In this document: positions 10,760-22,548 of the stretch, piece after piece
How the letters are laid out: the number at the start of each line of letters is the position of its first letter
Position numbering within the stretch: position 1 is the first letter of the stretch
Origin: Eledone cirrhosa
Lineage: Eukaryota
Reading direction: 5' to 3'
DNA length: 64,000 nucleotides
Assembly (NCBI GenBank): GCA_964016885.1
Contig: OZ024741.1
Span: 24,552,001 to 24,616,000 of the forward strand
Notes under the pieces: generated by a model
What the model saw: the letters and a program-made list of their open reading frames with translations, nothing else
Databases searched by the model: none
What the model was told of the DNA's origin: nothing
Translations under genes and position numbers: made by a program

Positions 10760-10888
10760 ACTGGTAATAAATATACTGGTAATAAGGTAGTAATAAATTA
10801 CTGTCTTTCACTGTTTAGGGTTTAAAATATATATAACTATAAAAAGTTTTAGTATATACATAACCATAAATAGTATCCTTTATACTAT
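10760..10888 (+). mobile_element. Solo 3'-terminal fragment of pLTR family A
   Basis: tactggtaataag...tacataaccataaatagtatcctttatac matches 9660-9760; lies between TA arrays. Confidence 0.7.
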
Positions 10889-10899
10889 ATATATATATG

Positions 10900-10939
<40 letters not shown>

Positions 10940-11125
10940 AATGTATGTCCATAGAATCATTTGATAAGATATATATACCATCTCCTCTCTCAATATATAT
11001 ATATATATATATATAAATTATACGATTTTCTCACTTGTTTATCCCAAGGTCATCTCTGAATGGGTAGACCTATGTTCAAAGGTGTTCAAACCATGACCAA
11101 CCTGTCTTATATTCAGGAACTGTGT

Positions 11126-12092
11126 ATCTCAGTGGTAAAGATATTTTTTCCTATTTTTTTTCTCGTATACTATTAACTAATCTAACCCTCAAGATGCTCG
11201 CAATCAACATTTTTCACGGAAAACGGAGGAGGCGGGGTGGGTGCCCCCCTTCCTTGAAGTTTTCTCCACTAATTTTTTTGAGTGCTATCAAGGAATATGA
11301 CCTCCAAACCAATCGGAAATGACTAAATTTGTAGAAAAAGGAGGTTAAAGGGAGGTGGGGGTGAGACCATCTGAGTTTCGTAGATCTACACACCTCTTAC
11401 CTTTGGTAATTATTTTTCCTCGTTTTATTTTTCTGGACCTCTTAGTTCTTGCAATCAATTATTTTTTCCAGAATTAAGGTCAGGGTTAGGTTTAGGGTTA
11501 GTTTTAGTGTTAGGTTTAGGGTTAGCTTTTGTGTTAGGTTTAGGGTTAGTTTTAGAGTTAGTTTTAGGGTTAGTTTTGGTGTTAGGTTTAGGGTTAGTTT
11601 TTGTGTTAGGTTTAGGGTTAAGTTTAGGGTTAGTTTTAGGGTTAGGTTTAGGGTTAGTTTTAGAGTTAGGTTTTGGGTTAGTTATAGAGTTAGGTTTAGG
11701 GTTAGGTTTAGGGTTAGTTTTAGGGTTAGGGTTAGGGTTTTCGTTTTCTAGGCAAAAAGTTGATTGTGAGCATCTAAGAGGTCAGATTAGTTGATAGCAC
11801 ATGAAAAAAAAAACAGGGAAAAATTATTATTTCCCACCAAACGCAAGAGGTATGTAGATTTGTGAAACTCTGATGATCTTTTTGCCTCCTTTCACCCTCT
11901 TTTGCTACAATTCTAGTCGTTTCCAACTGGTTTGGAGGGCATATTCATAGATAACATGTAGAAAAAAAATTTGTAGAGAAAATTCAGAAGAGGTGAGTAT
12001 CCGAGAAAAAAGTCAATTGCGAGCATCTTGGAGGTTAGATTAGTTGATAGCACATGAAAGAAATGAGGAAAAAAATGTTTTCCTACTGAGAT
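11126..12092. mobile_element. MITE-like element with about 290-bp diverged inverted arms and a telomere-like core
   Basis: atctcagtgg...actaatctaaccctcaagatgctcgcaat is mirrored by attgcgagcatcttggaggttagattagt...cctactgagat. Confidence 0.7.
11476..11738 (+). repeat. Degenerate (TTAGGG/TTAGGT/TTAGTT)n interstitial telomere-like array
   Basis: 6-bp periodicity, e.g. gttaggtttagggttagttttagg. Confidence 0.85.
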
Positions 12093-12116
12093 CAAGGCGG
12101 GTCTTCTATAAAATTA

Positions 12117-12174
<58 letters not shown>

Positions 12175-12640
12175 GTGGCATATTGGTGTAGTTGAAATAT
12201 GGTGGTACGAAGATGAGAGCGACCTATGATGAAAAGCATCTTCCTTGCTGGAAACCTTCGATATTAAATAATTTAGGACAATGTTATCTAATATGTCCTC
12301 TCTTTTGTTCTAAGATGCTAGAAAATAACATCATCATCATCACCATTTTTTAAGATGTTAAGGTTATAGTTGAGAGAGATTTGATGGCTATTTCTAATCA
12401 GTTGAACAATCATATAGAGGTTCTGTTTTTGGCTTGTGAATGACTGATATATTGATTCTGCCAATGTTATACATGAAGAAAAGTTACAATATAGTTCAAT
12501 CAGACTGAAGAATTTAGATTCTTCAGTTTGTATTTACCTTTAACAAATGATGGAAATATGAAAAAATAAAATTAAGTAATGAAAAAAAAGGGGAAAGGGG
12601 GAAAGAAGGGCAGATCTGACTGTATAGGAAAGGACTATAA

Positions 12641-12845
12641 CCCTTTAGCATTTACATTACTCTATATATATTATCGTATTTTCACAGTAAAAGCATTATC
12701 TCACATATCAAATCTATGAGATTTTGATATTATTTATTTTGAGAAGAATACCTTGACATAATTATGAGCGGCTGGTTACAGCCGGTTTGAACAGAAAGAG
12801 GTGAGAGAATTCTGGCCGGATACAGCCAGTTTAAATGCTAAAGGG
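12641..12845. mobile_element. piggyBac-type MITE
   Basis: TIR CCCTTTAGCATTTA...TAAATGCTAAAGGG followed by TTAA; same family at 21310-21490 and 54372-54566. Confidence 0.8.
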
Positions 12846-13129
12846 TTAAATGCCATAAATGAGAAGAAAGGGAGAGAAAAAGCAAGGACTATTAGGCCAT
12901 GGAAGAAAGAGGAGAAGGGGAGAGGGTGACAGGTTCTATGCCTAGGTTGGGGTGGTGTCAAATTGTTTAGTTTTTTTTTCCAATTTTCTATTTCAAATTT
13001 ACATTTCTCGTTCATTATCTTTTAGTCAGAAGTTGGCCATGGTTGAGCAAACCTGAGCTGAGGTATTCAAGTTAGGACTATCCCATTTTTATTTCAGAAA
13101 TAGTGTACTTCATATTACATTATTAGATA

Positions 13130-13505
13130 TAAGCAGCCAAAATGGGGTTCCTCTGAAGGGTCATTGGAGTAACATTACTCGATAGAGTGCGTAGCTTGGA
13201 GATCAAAGTGTCACTCCAGGTAGAGCCGCTACTTCTCCAAATTGAGAGATCACAGCTCCGATACAATGGACATGTGGTTAAAATGTCTCAGGAAAGAATC
13301 GCTGGATAGATTTTACAGGCAAAACCAACCGATAGGAGACTTGGGGTAGACCTCGAGCAAGAGGGTTGGGTACTATCCATGAGCTTGGCTGGTCTCACTT
13401 GCGGATCCAGCCGGATCAGTTGGAGATGGTTGATTGTGACAGGACTAGCTGGAAGGAGTGTTTGAGGATTCCTCCCCCACAACCGTCTCAGTAATAAGTG
13501 GGCGA
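13130..13505 (+). mobile_element. 3' fragment of a second RTE-like LINE family
   Basis: Homologous to 23650-24070 (-), 37400-37810 (+) and 56170-56425 (+); those copies encode GRRPRCRPRARWLD / RTPRGRPGTRWLDNI. Confidence 0.7.
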
Positions 13506-13714
13506 AGATGTGCTCTTTTTTTAAAGATAACATGGGGTTGCTTTGAGGGAGATCTGACTGCTATTTCTAGCAGGTTGTATAACCATGTAGAGCTCCCCTC
13601 CCCTAGGTCAGTACTGATTCAACAGACCTGTGATCAAAGGCATTCCAGTTGTGGTCATTATTCCTGTCTCTGTTATCTTTAACAGTTTTGAAAGACATGT
13701 TCAGCACCCTGTGT

Positions 13715-14003
13715 ATCACCACCATCACCATCTTCATTGTCATCACTACCATCACCACTACCATCACCACCACCATCATCACTATCATCACCACCACCAT
13801 CACCATCTTTGTTCCCCCCCCCCCCCCACCACTATCACCACCACCACCATCTTCGTCATCACTATCATCACCACCACTACCATCACCACCTCCATCTCCA
13901 CCACCACCATCACCATCTTCAACATCGTCATCACTATCATCACCACCAACACCATTATCATCATCACTACCATTACCACCACCACCACCACCACCATCAT
14001 CCT
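13715..14003. repeat. (CAC/CAT)n trinucleotide repeat
   Basis: Direct reading. Confidence 0.9.
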
Positions 14004-14254
14004 CATTAAGGATTGGTTAACCATTGATATGTTGGCATTAGCAGGAATTTCATTGAAGATAGAAACAGAAGATTTGTAATGTTTGTGTGGTATAAGATGA
14101 AGAGGAGGCTGACATTTTGATTGTTAGAGAATTGTTGGTAAAGGATTCTACCATGTTGGGTAGTTTGTTTAAATGTGTGTGTGTATGTATATGTGTGTGT
14201 GGGGGGTTACCTCACACTTGAATTGTTTGATATGCATAGTGACCATTGCAAGAA

Positions 14255-14287
<33 letters not shown>

Positions 14288-15766
14288 ATGTTTCTATGTG
14301 TGTATGTATATATGTGTGTGTATGTATGTGTGTGTTTGTATGTATGTATATGTGTGTGTTTGTGGTTATTCACATAATACTTTACAGCTGAATTGTTTAA
14401 GACAGATACTCACCACTGTAAGAATGTGTGTGTGTGTGTGGGGGGGGGGGGTTATTCACATTATACTTTACAGAGAAATGCTGCAAAAATGTGTGTATGT
14501 GTGTGTTGAAGCAGCACCAAGATTCAAGGGAAACCTATTTAGTAATATTGAGTCAGTTGGCTAAAGACTCTTATTTTTCCACCCACTCCTTGTGAGGGGG
14601 CATTGTGCCAAGTGAAAAGAGAATCAATACCGCAGTGTGAGAATAGCAAGCAGTGGACCCCCCCCCCCCCTCACACACCAGTTAACTGAGTCCACGACCC
14701 ACTTTTCTTCTCACATGAAGCCATCTCACTCTACTTCACGATTGCCCTTGAGAAAGGGACACACGTCATTCAATCTCATTACCTCCCACTATCACTCACA
14801 CTCTCTTTATATCTCTCTCTCTCAATAAATCCGGGGTTTTGTGCCTGTCTGTGAGTAAACAATCGATATTATTGCAGTGTAAAGGCAACTTGGTCTAAAA
14901 CACTATCTACTTTGATGTCTTACGCACACACACTATCACACACATGCGTGAGCATGCATACACGCACGCATTTCTGTATTCAAATCCCGCCGGGGTCAGC
15001 TTTGCCTTTGAATCTTGTGTAGTCGATAAATATTAGTATTAGTATTATTAATATAACGTGGTCGATTCAATTGACTGTATGTACTCTCCCATCACTTGCA
15101 AAATTTGGCTTTATGCCAAACAACAATAAATCGATATCATTACTTTAATCCAATGGTGTGTGCAGTGATGTGGCAGTAATCGATTCTGCGTTCGGATTTC
15201 GATTCGATGCTTCGACGCTTTCTGTACAATTAATTTGCTAATGATCTTGGGAAAGGCATGATTGCCACACAGTCTATTTCTTTAGTCTGCAAAAAATGTT
15301 AGACACGAAATGAAGTTATCTCCCTTGAATATAATTCCGATGAGAATCAATAAGTTCACTTTGGAAATAACTACTCCGTTTATTGTCATACGCCGCTTCA
15401 GAGACTCTACAGTCACTTATTCTTTTACATTCTTTTCTTCCACGTTTCTTTATATTGTTTCCGCTAAATAACTCTGTTGGCGATAACTCTACTTTTAATC
15501 AAAAGTGTGATTGATCTCACATTATGGTGGTCAATTAATAATCTTGATTGATTTCGAGGAGTTTTATATTGAATGATGTTCAAACATTTATATAACAATA
15601 TCTACCTATGTATAAAGGGTTTCAAACCCTCGTCTATACACACATGATTATCGATCACTTTGGAAGAAACGATGAAACATAACCAAACAGACGAAGGTAT
15701 ATTTTGAAATTTATTATACTTTTCCTTTTTATTACAAATTGTATGTGTGTTTATTATAAACACACA

Positions 15767-15802
<36 letters not shown>

Positions 15803-18154
15803 TGTGTGTGTGTGTGTGTGTATAAAGGAATGAAAGCGAAATACTGTATTTATTGATTTTTCATAATTTATTCTGTGCTGAAAACCTTCTGGGGTCGATA
15901 AAATAAGCACCAATATTGCACTGGGGTTGGTTGATTCAATCAACTCTATATTCCTCTCCACCTTACGAAAATTGGCCTGGTGCCTAAGAAAGAAATTACA
16001 TGTCTGTGTGTCTGTGAGTCATGTCTTTGTTCTGAACTGTGTATGCTGCTGATGATGATGATGCTACTGCTGGCAATGCTACTGTTCCTTAGTTATCTCC
16101 CCTGTTTAGCTGTCCTCTACACTGTGTGCTCAAGTTAGAAACATCTCTCTCATAATAATAATGTATATACCATTATCACACATCCCAAGGGAACTTTATT
16201 TAAATTGCACTTGTGTAAAATTACTTGATCTTTTTATATGTCGGCCGAATTAAAACTAAACTTACTTCATCTGTTCACTCGTCTCAGATGACTTCAACCT
16301 CCATTCATGTTCTTTCTGTAAGTATTTCATTGTTTTATTTACATGACACATTTTCTCTAATACCAAACCCGGTGTCTGCCTTTTGTTCGTTCAAATGTCA
16401 GGTTTCCTTTTTTTTACCTTCAATGTATTTCAACATCTAGTAGGTTTTTTCTTTTTAATTATTAACTAATGTGGAAAGCCTTACATTTTCTCGTTAAGTC
16501 GTGCTAAGACTTTCTCATCGAGTCTGAACAATTTACACTGGAGAGATTCATAGTATTTCGCTCTGTAACTTTACTGTTTTTGGTGCAAGCGTAAAAATGT
16601 CCACAGACCACTCGGTCATCAAAGATATTGGTCGTAATAGTGGTTCTGCTATAGATACAGTCATTATGGGGATACTGGAGGTAGGTGTTTGAAAGAAATA
16701 TATATGGGAAAAAAAGATTTTTTTTCTTTTTGTTATGAGCAAGAAATTTTTGTGTAAGGGTTGTTGGTGTATAGCCAATTATTTCGACCTTAATGGTATA
16801 ATGTTATACACCCCTCCCTTACTGGTATATATTTTACACACCCTTCTCTTAATGGTATATATTTTTATACACCCCTCATTTCTTTTCGAAAGAAGATAAA
16901 GTCGATCTTGGTTTTGAAGTTAAGACCGCGAAAGCTAGAATTAAACACTCACTATAAACAATGTTATACGGTGCTCTACTATCACAAATATTTTCAGTAA
17001 TATATTTTTTTTTATTTTGACCATGGGCAAAGACTATATTTTAGGGAAAGAGGGAAAATATGTGATTTGCATGCAACTTTATTGTTTAATAATCATCGAC
17101 TTTCCTCTTCATTCAAATTGCTTGTCTTGCGCCTAAATCAGAAGCCATTATTATTATTATTACGGTCCTTTACGTTCTGAGTTCAAATCCCGCCGAGGTT
17201 AGTTTTGTTTTTCATATTTATGGGATCGATAAAATAAAGTACCAGTAACGCACTGAGGTCGATTTAATCGAGTTACCATTCCCCCAAAATTGTTGGCCTT
17301 GTGCTTTAATCAGAAACTATTATTATAAATTTATTTAATACTTAAAACAATATATATATTATATTCTTACAAACAAGATAAAAACCCCATTATCTGTCCA
17401 GATGCTTAGAAATTTTAGAAAATTTCATTTTCACTGTACCCACCTAATATTGGTTTTCTACATCACCGGGTCAATATTTCGCGGCTTCCGACTTAAGGCT
17501 TGCCAAACCTTCTGCTAGCGATTTTGTTTTTGAAAGAGAACAATAATCGGTTTTTATGCTATGTATTTATTGATTGATTCAGTCGCATCAGATCACACAA
17601 CATAGCCAAAATGGCTGCATAATAGCCGGGTTATGTTACCCGTATTGATTCTGTCTTTGATAACGATGTCTATTGATTTTTACTACTTAAAGATCTATTT
17701 TATTCGTAACGAATGTGTGTGTATATATATGTGTATAGTTCAGATTTTTGTGGTATTACACTCAGCTATATTCCTGTCCGTATACTGTTGATGTGTTTAC
17801 TTGGCTATATTACAAACGTGAAAATAAAACTCTTCACGACTGTCTGTTATTGTTTAGCCCCAGGTCATGTTGAAACACATTCCAGCCGTGACGATACCGT
17901 TTTTGTTTTTCAGGCATCTCGTATTTCTAAGGCAGTGAACTAACTCCGGTTTCTTGCGTTGAGTTGAAAGCACATCTATATTTTTCAGATTCTTTGGGTT
18001 GCTTCTCTGTGCTCTGAGTTCGAATCCCACCATGGCTCATTGGGGTGGTAGATATAATCCTTGGCCTGGATGAACGCCACCACTTTTTACTGGAGTTCAC
18101 TCTGTGGAAAGCATTTTGAGTTAGATCTCCAGTTTGAGAGAATGTGATTTTAAA

Positions 18155-18597
18155 ATAATTGTTTCTACTTTTGGCACAAGGCCAGCAATTACCCTGTGCA
18201 TTACTGGTACTTTATTTTATCGATCCCGTAAGGGTGAAAGGCAAAGTTAACCTCAGCGGGATTTGAACTCAGATCATAAAGGGCCGTGATTTTAAAATAA
18301 TTTTCTACTTTTGGCACAAGGCCAGCAATTAATCAGTGTATTACTGGTACTTTATTTTATCAACCCCATAAGGATGAAAGGCAAAGTTAACCTCGGCGGG
18401 ATTTGAACTCAGAATGGCAAGGGCCGTAACTCTATACGTCAAAGCATGGCGTCCGACCCTCTACCGATACTGCCAATCCATAATGACTTCTATTTATAAT
18501 AATTGTTTCTACGTTAGGCACAAGGCCAGCAAAAATACCCAGTGCATTACTGGTACTTTATTTTATCGACCCCGTAAGGATGAAAGGCAAAGTTAAT
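18155..18597 (-). mobile_element. Three tandem partial copies of an abundant tRNA-derived SINE
   Basis: Repeated ttttggcacaaggccagc...tactggtactttattttatcgaccccgtaaggatgaaaggcaaagttaacctcggcgggatttgaactcag. Confidence 0.8.
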
Positions 18598-18764
18598 AAT
18601 GAATGTACAGTGCTCAAGCGACCATTTAGAGATTACTTTGTGTAAGAGGTTTACTTGGTATTAGAATTAATTTTTGGTTGGACAACGGCAGAGTATAATT
18701 AGCCTGAAGGCAAGGAATATATCTTGTAAATTCTGACCTGCAGGTGCTGGACATGTAATGTACA

Positions 18765-19049
18765 CAGGGCCGGATTTAATGGGGGGGGGGGGGGGCAATT
18801 GCCTGGACGCCCTGCAATGGGTGGGAGTGGGGTTGCACCAGCGACGGCCGTAGCAATTAATTTGTGCCCCCAGCTGGGCTTTTTAGTTTTAGGATGGTTA
18901 GAATTTTTTAATTTAATACCTGTATGTGTAATGTTTCAGTTTCAATTAATTGCGCCAAGCTAACTTTGATATGTTAAGTTTGTTGTGTGTATGAGACCCA
19001 CCCCCCTCCAAACCTGAAGTACTCCGGCCCCGGTCTAAATCCAACTCTG
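18765..19049. mobile_element. hAT-like MITE
   Basis: Termini CAGGGCCGGATTTA...TAAATCCAACTCTG; flanking 8-mers aatgtaca / aatgtatg look like a decayed TSD. Confidence 0.6.
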
Positions 19050-20219
19050 AATGTATGCATGTGTGTATAAAGAAATCTGTTGACGTTAGAAGCATTGGGA
19101 AAATTTGAGATGTCCCCAATGCTCGGATTTCTCAATTATTATTTATAGTGATCGACTGTTTTGGTCATTTGCATTGGGATATCCACATTTAAACTATATA
19201 AGTATATATCTGGTAGGTGACTTAATCTGAGATTGTATTGAAACTGAAACAATTATATAGTGTGTTTTTAGTTATTTGAGAATGTATAAAAACTGCTTTT
19301 TATTTATCTAATATTTTTAAGTAGTAAGTAGAGTCAATTAAATGTCAAAATTTTGTCATAATTTTACAATATTCTCACTGACATAATTCTACTGCCATTG
19401 AGATGTGTGTGTGTCATCATTATTTAACATCCATTTCCCTGCTAGACCAAGTCAGTAGTTAATCTCTCATTGGAGTGCCCCAAGTGTATTTACATGGCAC
19501 CAGCACTCTGGAGGTTGTCATATCTGACAACTGAAAAATCCTCTTGACTCTTTTGTGAGTTTTCTATGGTTAGATGCCTTGCCTATAGTAAATAATTTTA
19601 CAGAGTGTACTGGGTGTATTTTATTGTCACCAACACTAGAGACATTGTCGTGCTCTTGACGCAACTGAAGAGTCCTCTCAAAACATTGTTTGACATTGTT
19701 TCAATGCCTGGATGCCCTTTCTTATCACCAACCACCTTACAAGCTACACTGCGTGCTTTTTTTGTGGCACCAGCACTAGAGAGGTTGTCATTGCTAAAGA
19801 GTCCTCACAGCCCTATGGCTAGAAGCCCTTCCTTGTACCAACCACTTTACATGGTGTACTAGGTGAGCTTTATCGTGCATCAGCACTAGGGAGATTGTTG
19901 ATCACTGACTCAACTGAAAGGCCTTTCCTACCCTGGGGATAGGAAATATGACTTGAGTAAGGGTCCATGGATTATATATCATCATTATCATCACTGTTTG
20001 TCTATTTTTCCATGTTAGCATGGGTTAGACGGGTCGTCCACATTATGATACAAGCCTGGTCAATTGGTTGTGTTGTACCTTGCTCAAACAGAATTGTATT
20101 TTGGCCAAGTTCTTTTACAACTGGATGCTCTTCCTAACACAAATCACACACACACACACACTCATATACTGTTTTTGGAAGATCATGCTCTCTATAAAAT
20201 ACGTGCACAAATTGAGTTT

Positions 20220-20648
20220 TACTCCAGTTTTATTACTAGTTAAATAACTAATCCATTCCTCTGTTAGTTTTATTACTAGTTAAATAACTAAACCATCCCT
20301 CTGTTAGTTTCACTCCAGTTTTATTACTAGTTAGCTAACTAATCCATTCCTGTTAGTTTCACTCGTTTTATTACTAGTTAGCTAACTAATGCATTCCTGT
20401 TAGTTCCACTCCAGTTTCATTACTAGTTAGCTAACTAATTCATTCCTCTGTTATTTTTATTACTAGTTAGCTAATTAATCCATCCCTGTATTAGTTCCAC
20501 TTCAGTTTTATTACTAGTTAGCTAACTAATCCATTCCTCTGTTAGTTTCACTCCAGTTTAATTACTAGTTAGCTAACTAAACCATTCCTCTGTTAGTTCC
20601 ACTCGTTTTATTACTAGTTAGCTAACTAAACCATTCCTCTGTTAGTTT
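20220..20648. repeat. AT-rich minisatellite (about 40-51 bp units)
   Basis: Unit ttttattactagttagctaactaatccattcctctgttag(tttcactccag). Confidence 0.9.
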
Positions 20649-21036
20649 ATTTATCAATCCACTGACCAGCAACTCCACATTCTTATTATTCAATTTATTT
20701 TTTTATTAATTGATATTCCACATTATCTCTACAGTTCTACTTTATTAGGACTCCCTCTTTACTAGCACTCCCTCTCAACCCTTTATCCTAGATTCTTTCA
20801 TTTCATCCCCCCCCCCCCCCGACCTTTTCTTTCCTAACTCTTGATGTTCTCTTTATCTTTTTCGTTTCTTATTCTCCTTCCACATATTCTTTCTATTACT
20901 GTCTACATCTACCTAAAGCCACCCTCCCCACATACACATTCTATCCCATGCCACCCCAAAAAATCATCCACCCCACTCCTCCCCTCTCCTTGGTCTTTCT
21001 CTTCTTATACTATCTCTCACTCTTACCAAACATACA

Positions 21037-21087
21037 GTTTTGTCTGATGATCCTGTGAGTACATGTGAAACTCCAGGGTTACAAGAC
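21037..21087 (+). ncRNA. Degenerate type I hammerhead
   Basis: GTTTTGT CTGATGA tcctgt gagt acatgt GAAA ctccaggg TT ACAAGAC: 7-bp stem I, weak stem II, downstream of a pyrimidine-rich tract. Confidence 0.55.
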
Positions 21088-21309
21088 TCGTCATAGAGCC
21101 ATAAAGAATAATTGTTTCTACTTTTGGCACAAGGCCAGCAATTATCCCAGTGTATTACTAGTACTTTATTTTATCGACTCCGTAAGGATGAAAGGCAAAG
21201 TTAACCTCGGCGGGATTTGAACTCAGAATGGCAAGGGCCGTAGCTCTATGCATCAAAGCATGGCGTCTGACCCTCTACCAATACTGCCAATCCAAAAGAA
21301 CAATATTAA

Positions 21310-21490
21310 CCCTTTAGCATTTACATAACTCTATATATACTATTGTATTTTTGTGGTAAAGGCTTTACCTCACATAATATCGAATCTGAGATTTTGATAT
21401 TATTTATTTTGAGAACAATACCTTAACATTAGTATGAGTGGCCAGTTACAGCCAGTTTGAACAGAAAGAGATGAGAGAATTGCTAAAGGG
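21310..21490. mobile_element. piggyBac-type MITE
   Basis: TTAA|CCCTTTAGCA...TGCTAAAGGG; internal sequence matches 12641-12845. Confidence 0.8.
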
Positions 21491-21668
21491 CTAAACCCTA
21501 CTTTGGTGTTAGTGCTCATTCTCACGAACATCGACATGACATAGATATATATATACATACATACATGTGTGTGTGTGTGTGTAAAAGTAAACAGAAATAA
21601 CAAAGCAAACAACACAGTACATTGAAGAAATCTATTAGTATAACACTTGAAGCAGCAGGAAAAGAGTG

Positions 21669-21700
21669 TTAATGTTTCAGACACTAGTCTTTCATCAGAA
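21669..21700 (-). ncRNA. Minimal/degenerate hammerhead-like motif
   Basis: Minus strand: tt CTGATGA a AGAC tagt GTCT GAAA ca TT aa; stem I is only 2 bp. Confidence 0.35.
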
Positions 21701-22250
21701 GATAGAGTTAGAAATAAAAGATAAAATAGAAAGATAAAGAGTAAGAAGAGGAAGGAACGGGAGGAAAATGGGAAAAAAACACGTGTGTATTGTGTCAGCC
21801 ATATATATGTATATATGTATAGTGTTGTGTTTGTGTGTATATATGTATAGTGTTAGGTATGTATATATGTGTAGTGTTTGGAATGATTCTTATTGTTTCT
21901 TTAGATGTTCCGTATGTACCAAAGTATTCCTATCTTACGCTGGTCTGAGATCACACCAGTGTCCCCATGCAGGTAAGACACGTGGGATATTGGAATTTCA
22001 CTCAGTGTGACCAATTTCAATTCTATATTTGTCAAAAATCCTGCAGGCCACGTGGAGGATTGAAGCAGCGCTTGAATATTGATAAACAAACAGAAAATGG
22101 AGCCAATGCTGAAATGAGACATTGCTGCAGTAGTTGTTAGCTCTTCAAACACCTTTCAGGGCTCAAAAGTCATTTAAGATCCCAGGCAAGAAAAGAGCAA
22201 TTTTAGGTATAAGAAGTGGTCAAGTTCTGCAAAGCGTAGACAACCATGAT

Positions 22251-22328
<78 letters not shown>

Positions 22329-22347
22329 ACTCACACACTCACACACT

Positions 22348-22380
<33 letters not shown>

Positions 22381-22548
22381 GAACAAGACATGGTCTCTGG
22401 ACTTGACTTGTCTCATAACATGACAACACATCTAACCCATGCAAGTGTAGAAAAATAGATGTTAAATGATGATAATAATAATATATGTGTGTGTATATAT
22501 ATATGTGTGTGTGTGTAGGAAAAGAGTCTTATATTTATATAATATATA

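Noticed and set aside
143-10811. Numerous long YI/CIY-rich ORFs (e.g. 4130-5887)
   Set aside because: They are translations of (TA)n/(TATG)n microsatellites that lack stop codons.
11476-11738. True chromosome end
   Set aside because: The array is short, degenerate and internal to an inverted-repeat element.
13603-14079. His/Thr/Pro-rich ORFs (also Thr/Leu-rich at 35957-36286)
   Set aside because: Trinucleotide repeats that are open in several frames.
15606-15640. Minus-strand GACGA...GAAA hairpin as a hammerhead
   Set aside because: It lacks CUGA and a separate stem II; it is just a short hairpin.
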